Assembly (NCBI RefSeq): GCF_051953405.1
Contig: NZ_JBQCIV010000136.1
Location: 1-64,000, forward strand
Direction of reading: 5' to 3'
Origin: Trinickia sp.
GTDB taxonomy: Bacteria; Pseudomonadota; Gammaproteobacteria; Burkholderiales; Burkholderiaceae
Length of the DNA stretch: 64,000 nt
The number at the start of each line of letters is the position of its first letter. The stretch's first letter is position 1. A program made the translations under genes and the position numbers. The notes under the pieces were generated by a model. It did no database searches and was not told where the DNA came from. It saw nothing but the letters and a program-made list of their open reading frames with translations. Below, one piece after another: positions 16,232 through 27,289 of the stretch.

Positions 16232-18178
16232 ATGGCAAAGATCGCCCCGCTCATGAATACGAACATGAACATCACACACGCCCCGCGAACAGCAACCGAT
16301 CCCCGACAAACCCTAGCGCTATCGCTCGCTGCGCTAGGTATTGTCTTCGGCGACCTAGGCACGAGCCCCTTGTACGCGCTACAGGCGTCGTTCAGCGGCG
16401 CACTCGGCGTGGCCCCGACGCCCGCCAACGTAATCGGCGTCGTCTCGCTCTTCATATGGTCGCTAATCCTAATGGTCAGCATCAAATACGTGCTTGTGCT
16501 GATGCAGGCAGACAACCGCGGCGAGGGCGGACTGTTAGCGCTATTGGCACTGTTGGTAGGCGAGCGCAGCGGGCGCGTCACCCGGCCGGGCGCCTTGCGC
16601 TGGGTGTTCTTGGCGATATTCGGCACAGCGATGCTCTACGGCGACGGCATCATCACCCCCGCCATTTCGGTGTTGAGCGCGATCGAGGGGATCGAGGTGG
16701 CGACGCCCGCTTTTGCGCACTACACCGTGCCGATCACCGTGGCCATCCTAGTCGTGCTGTTTGCGGTGCAGTCCCTGGGCTCCGGCCGCGTAGGTGTCGC
16801 CTTCGGCCCGATTCTCGCCGTGTGGTTTGTAGCGATCTTCACGCTCGGCCTCACGTCGCTCGTCAAAACGCCGGCCATCTTAGCTGCGTTCAACCCGATC
16901 AACGGTATCGCATTCTTCGCTCACAACGGCTTCAAAGGTTTCGTCGCGCTGGGCGCCGTGGTGCTATGTCTCACCGGCGGGGAGGCGCTTTACGCCGATA
17001 TGGGGCACTTCGGTGCGCGGCCGATTCGCCTCGCTTGGTACGGCTTGGCATTGCCGGCCCTGGCTGTCAACTACCTCGGGCAAGGCGCATTGATTCTGCG
17101 CGATGCGCATGCGGCGGCCCGCCCGTTCTACACGGGCGTGCCTTCCTGGGGCCTGTATCCGATGGTGGTTCTGGCCACGTTGGCAACGATCGTTGCATCG
17201 CAGGCCTTGATTTCCGCCGTGTTCTCGCTGACGCGGCAGGCGGCGCAATTGGGTCTTTCTCCTCGCGTGGCGGTCAAGCACACATCGTCCAGCACAGCCG
17301 GACAGATTTATTTACCCGGTCTGAACTGGGTACTGATGGCCGGTACCATCGCCGTGGTGCTGGGGTTCCGTACCTCGGACAGCCTCGCATCGGCTTTCGG
17401 GATCGCGGTTTCGACGACGATGGCGATCACCACCATGCTGTACGCCGCCTATGCGCGTGTGCGTCTCATGTGGCCGCTGTGGCGAATCGCGTTGGTCGCC
17501 GGGGTGTTCATGATCGTCGACCTGGCTTTCGTCGGGGCGAACGCCATGAAGTTTGCGGACGGCGGTTGGCTGCCCCTCACCATCGGCGGTATCACCTTCT
17601 TGATGTCGACGTCCTGGCTCCTTGGGCTGCGCGCCTTGCAACGCGCACGCAAGGACTCGGGCCTGCCGCTGGGCATGTTTATCTCGAGCATTGCCGCCGC
17701 GCCTCCACACCGCGTGAGCGGCACGGGCGTGTTTCTGATGGCGGCGGGAAACTCGGTGCCGATCACCTTGTTGCATCATCTGAAGCACAACCAGGTGCTC
17801 CACGAGCAGGTGGTTCTGCTGACGTTGCTGACCGAGGAAATCCCGCGCGTCGCTCCCGCGGAGCGATTCAAGGTGGAGCGTCTCGATCAGGGTTTTGTAC
17901 GGATCGTGGGGCGCTATGGGTACATGGAGATGCTCGATGTGCCGCAACTGCTCGAGCAAGCTTTGCCGAGTGCGAACTGTCCCTGCTATGACGCGATGAT
18001 GACCACGTTCTACCTGGGGCGCGAGTCGCTCGCGGTGCAGACGAAGCAGGGCCCCCTACGGCATATCCTCTTGAGTCTTTTTACCCGGCTGCGGAAGAAC
18101 GAGTTGGACGCGACCGCGCATCTGGGCTTGCCGCCGAATCGCGTGGTCGAGATGGGGGCGCGGCTCGATCTCGTCTAG
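16232..18178 (+). CDS. kup: KUP/HAK/KT family potassium uptake protein
   Basis: IVFGDLGTSPLYALQ N-terminal signature; 12 TM segments plus cytoplasmic C-terminal domain. Confidence 0.9.
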   Translation: MAKIAPLMNTNMNITHAPRTATDPRQTLALSLAALGIVFGDLGTSPLYALQASFSGALGVAPTPANVIGVVSLFIWSLILMVSIKYVLVLMQADNRGEGGLLALLALLVGERSGRVTRPGALRWVFLAIFGTAMLYGDGIITPAISVLSAIEGIEVATPAFAHYTVPITVAILVVLFAVQSLGSGRVGVAFGPILAVWFVAIFTLGLTSLVKTPAILAAFNPINGIAFFAHNGFKGFVALGAVVLCLTGGEALYADMGHFGARPIRLAWYGLALPALAVNYLGQGALILRDAHAAARPFYTGVPSWGLYPMVVLATLATIVASQALISAVFSLTRQAAQLGLSPRVAVKHTSSSTAGQIYLPGLNWVLMAGTIAVVLGFRTSDSLASAFGIAVSTTMAITTMLYAAYARVRLMWPLWRIALVAGVFMIVDLAFVGANAMKFADGGWLPLTIGGITFLMSTSWLLGLRALQRARKDSGLPLGMFISSIAAAPPHRVSGTGVFLMAAGNSVPITLLHHLKHNQVLHEQVVLLTLLTEEIPRVAPAERFKVERLDQGFVRIVGRYGYMEMLDVPQLLEQALPSANCPCYDAMMTTFYLGRESLAVQTKQGPLRHILLSLFTRLRKNELDATAHLGLPPNRVVEMGARLDLV

Positions 18179-18269
18179 GAATGAGGCGACACCCGTAGAC
18201 ATTGGTGCGATACCGACCAAGTGGCGCCGCGGCCTAAACGATGCACGTCTCGATCGTTTTCTCGCACGC

Positions 18270-19820
18270 CTATTCACCGACGAAATGCGCCTCTATCTTC
18301 ATCGGTTTCGTCAGCCACACGAGCGCGACGAGCGAAACGAACATCACCGACGACATCCAAAAGATATCGGTCACGCCCATCGTGCTCGCCTGCACCGTAA
18401 TCAAGCGCTCGATCATGGCGTACGCGCCGCCTTCGCTCATGCCTTGGCCGGTGAGCAGGTGGTCGAATTGATTGAATGCCGGGACATACGGCCCGGTATG
18501 TTCAGCAAGGCGCGCATGATGCAGCACGGTGCGGTTGTCCCAAAGCGTGGAGACGATGGAAGTGGCGAGTCCGCTGGACATCGTCCGCACGAATATGAAT
18601 AGCCCCGCAGCCGAAGCGACCTTCTCCGGGCGCAATCCGGAGAGGATGATGGAGTTCATCGGGGTAAAAAACATCGCCATCGCGGCCCCCTGTATCAGCG
18701 TCGGGATCGCCAGCGAGAAGGTGTCGACTTCGGCTGTGTACTCCGCCCGCAGATAAAACACGAGCGCGAACAACAACAACCCGCAACTCGCGAAAAGGCG
18801 CGCTTCAATCTTGGGCAGCAGATGCCCCACGATAGGCGTGAGTACCACCGCGGTCACGCCCACCGGCGCCATCACTCTGCCGGCTTCGGTGGCGGTGTAG
18901 CCGAGCTGGATCTGCAACCACAATGGAAACACCACTAGGTTCGCGAAGAACAGCGAGAACCCGATGGAGAGCGCAATTACGCCGCTCGTGAAATTGCGTC
19001 CTTTAAACACGGATAGATCGACAACCGGATGCGCTTCGAACAGTTCCCACACGAGGAAGTAGGCGAAGCTGACGAGAGCCACCAGTCCTAGCACGATGAT
19101 GACGGGCGAGCTAAACCAATCGAGTTCCTTGCCTTTGTCGAGCATCACCTGCAGCGAGCCTACCCACAACGCAAGCAGCACGAGGCCGACACCGTCGATG
19201 GGCAACTTGCGGGTGGCCGACGTGCGATGGCGGTAAATCCACCACGTGGCCCAGGCAGAGCCGATTCCAATCGGGATGTTGACGTAGAAAATCCAAGGCC
19301 AGCTATAGTTGTCCGATATCCAACCGCCAAGCAGCGGCCCGGTAATCGGTGCGACCAGCGTGGTCATCCCCCAGAAGGCGAGCGCCATGCCGATGCGCGC
19401 GCGTGGATAACTCGGCAGTAACAGTGCTTGCGACAACGGCACGATCGGTCCCGCCGCCACGCCTTGCAGCACGCGGGCCGCGATCAGCAATTCGAGGTTC
19501 GGCGCTAAGCCGCACAGCCAAGAGGCCACCACGAACAGTAGAGTCGAGCCGACGAACAATTGGACTTGACCGAAGCGCGTGGTCAGCCACCCCGTCAGAG
19601 GGATCGCAATAGCATTGGCGACCGTGAACGAGGTAATGACCCAGGTGCCTTGCTGCGGCGATACCCCAAGTTGGCCGGAGATCGTCCGAATGGACACGTT
19701 GGCCACGGAGGAGTCGAGGATGATCATGAACACCGCAATCGACAGTGCCAGCGTCCCGAAAAGCAACGTCGCGCCTTCGAGTGGCGGATGATCGGATTGG
19801 ATGAAGGAGGGGCCGGCCAT
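18270..19820 (-). CDS. MFS transporter, DHA2 (EmrB/QacA-like, 14-TMS) efflux family
   Basis: Hydrophobic 516-aa protein with MFS motifs (GWLTTRFG, LQGVAAGPIVP). Confidence 0.85.
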   Translation of the reverse strand: MAGPSFIQSDHPPLEGATLLFGTLALSIAVFMIILDSSVANVSIRTISGQLGVSPQQGTWVITSFTVANAIAIPLTGWLTTRFGQVQLFVGSTLLFVVASWLCGLAPNLELLIAARVLQGVAAGPIVPLSQALLLPSYPRARIGMALAFWGMTTLVAPITGPLLGGWISDNYSWPWIFYVNIPIGIGSAWATWWIYRHRTSATRKLPIDGVGLVLLALWVGSLQVMLDKGKELDWFSSPVIIVLGLVALVSFAYFLVWELFEAHPVVDLSVFKGRNFTSGVIALSIGFSLFFANLVVFPLWLQIQLGYTATEAGRVMAPVGVTAVVLTPIVGHLLPKIEARLFASCGLLLFALVFYLRAEYTAEVDTFSLAIPTLIQGAAMAMFFTPMNSIILSGLRPEKVASAAGLFIFVRTMSSGLATSIVSTLWDNRTVLHHARLAEHTGPYVPAFNQFDHLLTGQGMSEGGAYAMIERLITVQASTMGVTDIFWMSSVMFVSLVALVWLTKPMKIEAHFVGE

Positions 19821-20297
19821 GCTCAGCGCCGCCCGGCAGTGCCGGTTATTTCAATGAGTTTTTTCACCCGTCTTCCGGCCGTTACTATTTTTAGTTTTTC
19901 CAAAATCAAAACGACATCTATGCCATTCCGGCCGCGTGGCCCCTCTCTCCGGGAGTAAGACCAAATCAGACTGCGCAGGCTACACGTGTTCAAAATCGTC
20001 GTAAAGTGCGTCGATTACCGATTGCTAGCATTGCCATGAATTGCATGGAAGCGCTAAACCTCGAGAAAGTGGCGCAACAAGCAAACTGAAAACGTTTCCT
20101 GTTGAAGAAGGGCGAACGGGTGCTCAGTGCACGTGCGCAGATGCGGCTTGGCGTCCTCAACCCACGAATCCGAATTCGGCTTTACAATCCACCCCCCCGC
20201 GTCAATTGTCCGACAGGCCGTTCGGACGACGCGCGGCATCACGCAAACCGCCCGTCATTCGAGCGGTTTTCCGATAACGACATTGCCAGCAGCATCT

Positions 20298-20951
20298 ATG
20301 AAAAGAAGACAATTTCTCGCCCTTTCGATCGTGTCCGCCTCCGGCCTCGTAGCCGGGTGCAACGGCGGCGTCGGTCCCATTACCGACAAATGGCTCGCGG
20401 ATGGGCAATACGAAGAAACGCTAAAGGCGTTTCTGATTACGCAAGACGGCAAGAAACTGGTCGTCCTCGGCCAGCGCTATCACTACATCTTCGATCTGCC
20501 GCCCGCGCTGTACAAGGTCATGACCTCGTCGTATCGCCCGAAGCTGCACACGGAGTTCATCGATTTCGTCGCGCAGGGCGACAAGATCTCGGGCCGCTAT
20601 AAGTTGGAACTCGAGCACAAAGACGCACCGCCCAACAGCGATGTCCGCACCCAAGCATTGGCCGACGGCTTCAAGGACGACGAGGACTTCACGGAATCCG
20701 GGACGATCAGCGGGACACGCTACATGCCGAGACCGCTCGACGGCGCGACAATCCCTCAGGCGTTCAATGCGGCATACGAGGTGCACGTGACGGAAAAACC
20801 GACGCCGGCCGGCAAAGCCGTGAAGCTGGCGCTGTCTCCGATCACCGTCGCGGCGGATGGCGGCCTCTATTTGGTCGCGGCGGCGGGTGTGATCGCCATC
20901 GCGCCGATCGCGCTCGTCTTTGTGATTTTGATCATGAAGCACTATTCGTAG
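20298..20951 (+). CDS. hypothetical lipoprotein with C-terminal membrane anchor
   Basis: Signal peptide with lipobox LVAGC; C-terminal hydrophobic helix. Confidence 0.5.
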   Translation: MKRRQFLALSIVSASGLVAGCNGGVGPITDKWLADGQYEETLKAFLITQDGKKLVVLGQRYHYIFDLPPALYKVMTSSYRPKLHTEFIDFVAQGDKISGRYKLELEHKDAPPNSDVRTQALADGFKDDEDFTESGTISGTRYMPRPLDGATIPQAFNAAYEVHVTEKPTPAGKAVKLALSPITVAADGGLYLVAAAGVIAIAPIALVFVILIMKHYS

Positions 20952-21080
20952 CGCAGGAGCGGGGCCGGAGCGAGCCGGCGCTTGCAGGCCGCTCGCTCGA
21001 CGCACGCCGATATCGACATGGACCGTGAGTGAGGTCCGTCGCTCGATACGGCGTGCCGTCGCTAAGGACGCGACAGGGCG

Positions 21081-23183
21081 TTAAGCCGCGACGGGCGCGC
21101 TGTCTTCCTCGGCAGCCTGCCCGCCTGGTGCCGCTTGAATCGGCGCGTCGTCGGGCAGCCGCACGGCGGCCCCCACCCGCGCGTGATCGGCAATGGCCTC
21201 ATCCAGCGCCAGCGTCGCCTTGGCGCGGTCCGTCTCCGACAAATTCGGCAGCTTCATCGCGAGCACCGCGTTGATCGTCTGCAGGAGGCCATTGAATCCA
21301 TCGGCCCCATCCCCGCCGGCGATCAGCGTTTGCGGCACGATCGGCAACCGGCCTTTCTCGACCGCGTGAGCAAACTGCGAAGCGACCGTCGATATCAAGC
21401 CATACTCGACACCCCCGGCGGCTTTCATCTTAGCCGCCGTCGCTGCCGCTTCGCCGCGCCCGATCGACGCGAGCCGATCGCCTTCGCCCGCGCCCTCGAT
21501 ACTCGCTGCTTCGGATTTCGCCGCAGCCAGCAGCTTGATCTTAGCGGCCTCCTTCTGTGCGGTGCTCACGGAAGCGGCCCCTTCGTTCTCGGCCACTTGA
21601 ATGCTGATCCGCGATTGCGTCAACGCCGCCTGCGCCTCGGCCGCGGCCTGCGCGTCGTTCAGTTCGCGTTGTTTCTCGGCCGCCGATTTCTGCGCCTCGA
21701 ACGTCGCCAACTGCTCGGTCGCGATCTGCCGTTCGCGCAACTGATCGAGAATCGGCTCGATGCTTTGCCCCGTCGGCGTATACATCATCACGTCCACCAG
21801 CTCGAGATCGTAGTTGGCGAAGCGCTCGGCCATCACAGTCTTCGCTTGATCCTGAACGGCCTTGCGTTCCTGAATGAGTTCGATGACGGTCTTCGTTTGC
21901 GCGACGTCCTTGAACCAGCTCGAAACGAACGGATCGATCGTTTCGTTCACTAAGTGCCCGAGATCGCCAAAGCGCTGCACGACACGCGGGGCCTTCGTAG
22001 GATCAATGTGCAGCACACAACTGACGGGCAGTGTCGGCTCGAACGCATCCTTGGTAATGAGCGACACTTCCTTCAGGTTCGCATCGAGTTGGTGGGCAGA
22101 GGTCGTTCCTTCCCGCCATACCAGCACGAAGTTAGTCGTTTGAATTTGCACGATGCGGCCGGCATACGGGTTCCACGCGTACTTACCCGGCGAGAGCGCC
22201 TTGTCGCGTACGCCCTTATAGCCTTCGCCAACCAGCGCGCCGTGCTTCGTCCGCGAAAACCCGCTGGACTCCGCATTGCCGTCGATGCCGTCTTCCGTCA
22301 CGTCTTTCCCGACGAAGGAAATCACCACGCCCACCGAGCCGACAGGAATCACTTCTTTCGGATGGATCTCGACCGCGGCGAACAATCGGTTGATATAGAA
22401 CGAGCCTTCGGTCAGCACTTGCAGTTGGCGGCCACGCTGGCCACCCGCGCGCAGAAATGCCTCCGGGTCCTGAAACGCATGGTGGTACCGCGACGTATCG
22501 GCCGGATCCGTGCCGACGATCGGTTGGACGAATTGATCCTTTGGCGGAATCGGCCCGTCGTTGATCACCACCACACCGATCACGTCGGTGTCGCCTTTGA
22601 TAACGACCGGTTCGAACCCATTGATTTCCAGTAGCGCTTCCCGCTGCTTCTCGGCTTCGGCCGCTTCCTTGGCGTCGAGGCCGTGCGCATAAATGCGTTC
22701 CTTGGTCAGAATAATGAATTGCGCAAGGTTGATCGGATGCACGCCACCGCGCAGGATTTTGCGCTGCGGTCCTTTTTGTCCGCCGTTGGCGAGGAAGTGC
22801 GCCGCGTCTTCGAAGTTGTTCGCGACGTCGTTCGCGCCGAGCGTCTGCGACGGCAACAGCGTTTCGCCGCTGCGCGCATAGACATAGCCGATTTCGTTAT
22901 TGGCGATGGAGGGAATCGGCGTGCGCCAGAGTCGATAGGCGAACGGCTTGAAGAAGTGATAGCCGCCGCGCAGCACCTGGGGCAGATAGCCCGCTTCGCC
23001 GTTTAGCGCAATGACGCCGCTTTTGAGCGAGCCGGCGGGGCTCCATAGGCGCTCGACAATGGCGATCTGATCGTTGCGGACGTAGGTGATCATGCGCGAC
23101 GCTTTGATCAGCCATATGACGAGCACGACCGCAAGGAGATAGGCGAGTGCGCTCAGGTGGTCGGAGATGAACGCAAAGTTCAT
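21081..23183 (-). CDS. SPFH/Band-7 (flotillin-like, YqiK-type) membrane protein with long Ala/Gln-rich coiled-coil C-terminus
   Basis: N-terminal TM helix, SPFH domain, coiled-coil repeats (AEAEKQREAL..., AAAEAQAAL...). Confidence 0.8.
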   Translation of the reverse strand: MNFAFISDHLSALAYLLAVVLVIWLIKASRMITYVRNDQIAIVERLWSPAGSLKSGVIALNGEAGYLPQVLRGGYHFFKPFAYRLWRTPIPSIANNEIGYVYARSGETLLPSQTLGANDVANNFEDAAHFLANGGQKGPQRKILRGGVHPINLAQFIILTKERIYAHGLDAKEAAEAEKQREALLEINGFEPVVIKGDTDVIGVVVINDGPIPPKDQFVQPIVGTDPADTSRYHHAFQDPEAFLRAGGQRGRQLQVLTEGSFYINRLFAAVEIHPKEVIPVGSVGVVISFVGKDVTEDGIDGNAESSGFSRTKHGALVGEGYKGVRDKALSPGKYAWNPYAGRIVQIQTTNFVLVWREGTTSAHQLDANLKEVSLITKDAFEPTLPVSCVLHIDPTKAPRVVQRFGDLGHLVNETIDPFVSSWFKDVAQTKTVIELIQERKAVQDQAKTVMAERFANYDLELVDVMMYTPTGQSIEPILDQLRERQIATEQLATFEAQKSAAEKQRELNDAQAAAEAQAALTQSRISIQVAENEGAASVSTAQKEAAKIKLLAAAKSEAASIEGAGEGDRLASIGRGEAAATAAKMKAAGGVEYGLISTVASQFAHAVEKGRLPIVPQTLIAGGDGADGFNGLLQTINAVLAMKLPNLSETDRAKATLALDEAIADHARVGAAVRLPDDAPIQAAPGGQAAEEDSAPVAA

Positions 23184-23590
23184 TTTGTTTTCCTTATTCG
23201 ATTAAACGGCCATCCGGTCTCGAGTTGCCGGTCACGCGCGCAAACGCACGGTGCAACGCGCGCGATGCATCGGGGCGCGCTCCCGGCAACCGAATAGTGC
23301 GGGCCGAAGCGCGGCCAGTCGCCTCGATCCCGGCGACATTATCGTGTGAAACCCATTGGCGTTAAATGAAAATCGGAAGACGCGGCGCAATGCGCTTTCT
23401 GCGGAGCACCGCGGCCGCGCTGCAACCGAATCGGCGAGGGTCAAGGCATCGACTGTTCGCCTGCACGGAATAAATTGCATCGTTTCGCGCAAAACGGCGA
23501 ATATGTTTCGCGGGAAACCCTACTCCAGCAAAATCCACCTTGTCGCCTTCGACTACACTTAAGACCTTCAGCCGAAACGCGCGACCTCAC

Positions 23591-23860
23591 ATGGCGCACT
23601 TATTTTTCGCCGCTTCGATCCAACGACACATCGCGATGCCCGAACGCGATGTCTGCGCCCATTCGGTGGACGAGGCGCTCTCCGTTGTATTCGCCGAAGA
23701 GCCGCGGCTACGCGGCTATATCCTCGACGACCAAGGCGGCCTGCGCCGGCATCTTTCCGTTTTTGTCGACGGCAGGCCGCTGCGCGATCGCCGCCGTCTT
23801 TCGGACCCGGTCGATACGGACAGTCGCATTTACGTCGTGCAGGCACTCTCGGGCGGCTGA
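23591..23860 (+). CDS. MoaD/ThiS-like small ubiquitin-fold protein ending in Gly-Gly
   Basis: About 89 aa, C-terminal ...VVQALSGG; start ATG 23591. Confidence 0.5.
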   Translation: MAHLFFAASIQRHIAMPERDVCAHSVDEALSVVFAEEPRLRGYILDDQGGLRRHLSVFVDGRPLRDRRRLSDPVDTDSRIYVVQALSGG

Positions 23861-23903
23861 CGCCGCGCACGCAGCATCGCACCGATAACGATGGAGACAT
23901 ACC

Positions 23904-25058
23904 GTGAACGACGACCGTTTGATCGTGGGCACCCGTAAGGGGCTGTTCGTTTTCGAAGCGGACGATGCGGATCCGCGTCGCTGGAGGCAGACGGCGCTCC
24001 ATTTCATCGGCGAACCTGTTACGTCGGCGCTCGCCGATCCGCGCGACGGCACGCTCTACGCCGCGCTCAATCTCGGCCACTTCGGTGTAAAGCTGCATCG
24101 CATGCGCGCCGGCGCGAGCGAATGGGAGCCTTGCGCCGCGCCGGTGTACCCGCCCCAGCCCGAGGCCGAAGCGGCGGCCGCTATCCCCGGTACCGCCGCT
24201 ACCCCCGATCCGGCCGTCGCCGAGCCGGCACCCGAGCCTCTGTGGTCGCTCGAGCAGATCTGGACGCTCGAGCCCGGTGGGGCGGACGAACCCGGCACGC
24301 TATGGGCCGGCACGATTCCGGGCGGCCTGTTCCGCTCTGACGACCGCGGCGACACCTGGACATTGAATCGCTCGCTATGGGACCGCCCCGAGCGCCGCGA
24401 ATGGGGCGGCGGGGGCTACGACCATGCGGGCATTCACTCGGTGCTCGTCGATCCGCGCGACAGCCGCCACGTGACGATCGCCGTTTCGTCGGGCGGTGTG
24501 TGGCAAACCTTCGACGCAGGGGCGAGCTGGCGCCCGACGTCGCGGGGCATGCAAGCCGATTACATGCCGCCCGAGCGGCGCGAGGAGGAAAACGCGCAGG
24601 ATCCGCACCGCGTCGTTCAATGCATTGCCGCGCCGGACCAGCTTTGGACGCAGCATCATTGCGCGATCTTCCGTTCTGTCGACGGCGGCTTGCATTGGAC
24701 GCGCATCGAGGCCCAACCGTCGAATTTCGGTTTCGCTGTGGCCGTTCATCCGAACGACCCCGATACGGCGTGGTTCGTGCCCGCCGTCAAGGACGCATGC
24801 CGGATTCCTGTGGATGGCCAATTTGTCGTGACGCGCACGCGCGACGGCGGACGAACGTTCGAACGCTTCTCCGAAGGTCTGCCATCTGCCCCTGCTTACG
24901 ATCTGGTGTATCGACATGGGCTGGCCATCGATGCCACCGGCAACCGGCTCGCGATGGGGTCGACGACGGGCGGGCTTTGGACGTCGAACGACGGCGGCGA
25001 AAGCTGGCGCGAACTCTCGGCGCATCTTCCGCCGATCTATCACGTTAGTTTTGCTTGA
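23904..25058 (+). CDS. BNR/Asp-box repeat beta-propeller protein (sialidase-like / Ycf48-like fold)
   Basis: Repeated S-x-D-x-G-x-T-W motifs (SDDRGDTW, SVDGGLHW, TRDGGRTF, SNDGGESW); GTG start with GGAGA SD. Confidence 0.7.
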   Translation: MNDDRLIVGTRKGLFVFEADDADPRRWRQTALHFIGEPVTSALADPRDGTLYAALNLGHFGVKLHRMRAGASEWEPCAAPVYPPQPEAEAAAAIPGTAATPDPAVAEPAPEPLWSLEQIWTLEPGGADEPGTLWAGTIPGGLFRSDDRGDTWTLNRSLWDRPERREWGGGGYDHAGIHSVLVDPRDSRHVTIAVSSGGVWQTFDAGASWRPTSRGMQADYMPPERREEENAQDPHRVVQCIAAPDQLWTQHHCAIFRSVDGGLHWTRIEAQPSNFGFAVAVHPNDPDTAWFVPAVKDACRIPVDGQFVVTRTRDGGRTFERFSEGLPSAPAYDLVYRHGLAIDATGNRLAMGSTTGGLWTSNDGGESWRELSAHLPPIYHVSFA

Positions 25059-25119
25059 GCCATAGGCGGTGTTCGGCGCCGCTTCGTCGAGGGCGATCTC
25101 GCTATCGATAGCACGACCG

Positions 25120-26004
25120 CTACCGCGCCTTCAGTCTCCATAACGCGTCGAGCACGTGCTGGGTCGCGCGTTCGACTTGCCCCGCTCGGTGGGCAATCCC
25201 GAGTTCGCGCCAGAGCGCCGGACGCAGCGGACGCATGGCGACGCGCTCGTCCGCGTGCGGGGCGCCCGCCTCGTGCGGCAGCAGCGTCGCGCCATAGCCC
25301 GCGGCGACGAGGCTCTTGATGGCGTCGTTGAAGTTCAGCTCGATCCTTGCCGTCGGACGGTGACCGCCGAGCGCGAACCATTCCGACGTGAGCCGCGATA
25401 GGCGCGTATTGGCATCGTTCAGAATCAACGGTTGCGCGGCGAGCCAGGCCGGCGTGACGCGTGCCGGCGCTTGCCAATCGGCGGGCAGGAAGGCAACAAC
25501 CGGATCCCGACGCCACGGCCGGATCTCGAGGCCTGTTGCCGGCGCTTGAGGCAGCGCCACGAGCCCCACATCCAGCGTGCCTTGCGCGAGCCGTGAAAGC
25601 GTGTCCTGCGACGTGAGCACGGCGATCTGCACGTCGATATCGGGGTGAAGATCGCGCAGTTGCGCAATGGCTTGCGGCAGCAAATGGGCGATCGCACCGG
25701 TGGATGCGCCCAGCCGAACGCGCCCGGTCAATCCTTGCACTTGCCGGCTGACGTCTTCCAGCGTCGACTCCACTTCCGCCAGTAGGCGCCGCGCGCGGGC
25801 GATCAAGGCTTCTCCGATCGGCGACGGCCGCACGTTGCCGCGCGTGCGCGAGAGCAACGGCGCGCCGATCCGGCTCTCGAGTTCGGCGATATGAAGGCTG
25901 ACGGTGGGCGGCGCGAGATGGAGCGACTGCGCCGCGGCCGCGAAGGACCCGCAATCGGCGATCGCCACGAGCGTGCGCAAACGGTCCAGGCTAATTTCTC
26001 GCAT
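25120..26004 (-). CDS. LysR-family transcriptional regulator
   Basis: N-terminal HTH LRTLVAIADCGSFAAAAQSLHLAPPTVSLHIAELE. Confidence 0.9.
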   Translation of the reverse strand: MREISLDRLRTLVAIADCGSFAAAAQSLHLAPPTVSLHIAELESRIGAPLLSRTRGNVRPSPIGEALIARARRLLAEVESTLEDVSRQVQGLTGRVRLGASTGAIAHLLPQAIAQLRDLHPDIDVQIAVLTSQDTLSRLAQGTLDVGLVALPQAPATGLEIRPWRRDPVVAFLPADWQAPARVTPAWLAAQPLILNDANTRLSRLTSEWFALGGHRPTARIELNFNDAIKSLVAAGYGATLLPHEAGAPHADERVAMRPLRPALWRELGIAHRAGQVERATQHVLDALWRLKAR

Positions 26005-26122
26005 CGCCGCACTCCGATTCAGGAAAAATGAATTGATCCATCATGAAATTCAACTTTTCCTATTCTACGGCGTGGGCGCACGATAGGGCCTTCACATTGA
26101 GCGATCGAATGGGAGAAGGACG

Positions 26123-27055
26123 ATGGCGATGCGCATGCCGACAGTATTTATCGACGGCGACCAAGGCACGACGGGCCTGCAGATTCACGAGCGTTTGCGC
26201 GGCAGGACCGATTTCGAACGCGTGACGCTGGCGGCGTCCGAGCGCAAGGACCCGCGGCGGCGAGCGCAGGCCATCAACGAGTGCGATATCGCGATACTGT
26301 GTTTGCCGGATGCGGCCGCGCGCGAGGCGGTCGGTTTCATCCGCAATCCCGATGTCCGCGTGATCGATGCGAGTTCGGCGCATCGTACGCAGCCGGAATG
26401 GGTCTATGGTTTTCCCGAGATGGGCGAGGGGCAGGCGCAGCGGATCGCGCGTGCCCGCCGTGTCACGAACCCGGGTTGCTACCCGACGGGCGCGATTGCT
26501 TTGCTGCGGCCGCTCATCGAAGCGGGTCTCATTCCGCACGACTTCCCGGCGGCGATCCATGCGGTATCGGGGTATTCGGGCGGCGGGCGCGCGGCGGTCG
26601 ACGAATACGAATCGCCCGACGGAGCGTGCGCGGCGCCGTTCAAGGTCTATGGGCTGGCCTTGGAGCACAAGCACACGCCCGAGATCCAACTGCATTCGGG
26701 TTTAGCGCATCGCCCGTTTTTCGTCCCGGCGTACGGGGCATATCGGCAAGGCATCGTGCTGACGGTGCCGCTCGAGCTGCGCCTGCTGGCCCCGGGCGTG
26801 AGCGGCGAACGGCTGCATGCGTGCCTGGATCGTCACTACGCGGGGGCGCGCTATGTCGAAGTGATGCCGCTCGCCGATGCACGGGAGACTGCGCATTTGG
26901 ACCCCCAGGCGCTGAACGGCACGAACGATTTGCGTCTCGCGGTGTTCGCCAACGCCGAACGCGGCCAGGTGCTGTTGTCGGCTGTCTTCGACAACCTGGG
27001 TAAAGGTGCGTCGGGCGCGGCGGTGCAGAACTTGGGGTTGATGCTCGCGGCTTGA
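26123..27055 (+). CDS. argC: N-acetyl-gamma-glutamyl-phosphate reductase (short, type-2 ArgC)
   Basis: Active-site region NPGCYPTG and overall ArgC2 pattern. Confidence 0.85.
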   Translation: MAMRMPTVFIDGDQGTTGLQIHERLRGRTDFERVTLAASERKDPRRRAQAINECDIAILCLPDAAAREAVGFIRNPDVRVIDASSAHRTQPEWVYGFPEMGEGQAQRIARARRVTNPGCYPTGAIALLRPLIEAGLIPHDFPAAIHAVSGYSGGGRAAVDEYESPDGACAAPFKVYGLALEHKHTPEIQLHSGLAHRPFFVPAYGAYRQGIVLTVPLELRLLAPGVSGERLHACLDRHYAGARYVEVMPLADARETAHLDPQALNGTNDLRLAVFANAERGQVLLSAVFDNLGKGASGAAVQNLGLMLAA

Positions 27056-27192
27056 AAGTAGACGTTTTGTGCGGTCTAATGCCAAAAATAGATATTTTTT
27101 TAATCGCATAGACGCTCGCGTCCATCGACTGGCACGACATAGATGAAATCGACAGCACGCCGGACCTACTTGGGCCATGAAGCGCTGCAGTA

Positions 27193-27273
27193 GGCGGAAT
27201 CCTCATAGACGTCGAGAGATTCCGCCCGCACGGCGCATTTCCAATGAGCCTTTACCGCTTCGCAACGCGAAGC
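27193..27273. terminator. two hairpins (GGCGGAATC-16nt-GATTCCGCC and GCTTCGC-AAC-GCGAAGC) between convergent argC and MFS genes, candidate bidirectional terminators
   Basis: Inverted repeats read directly; no strong T-tract. Confidence 0.3.
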
Positions 27274-27289
27274 CCTAGTCGACGTGGCG

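Noticed and set aside
16456-17991. 511-aa ORF on the plus strand in another frame inside kup, plus similar long ORFs (25040..25954, 28982..30316, 33737..34564, 49556..50872, 50791..52089, 58115..59158, 60754..61551)
   Set aside because: These are Arg/Ala/Pro/Gly-rich translations typical of off-frame or antisense reading of high-GC genes. Each overlaps a gene with clear family signatures and proper starts.
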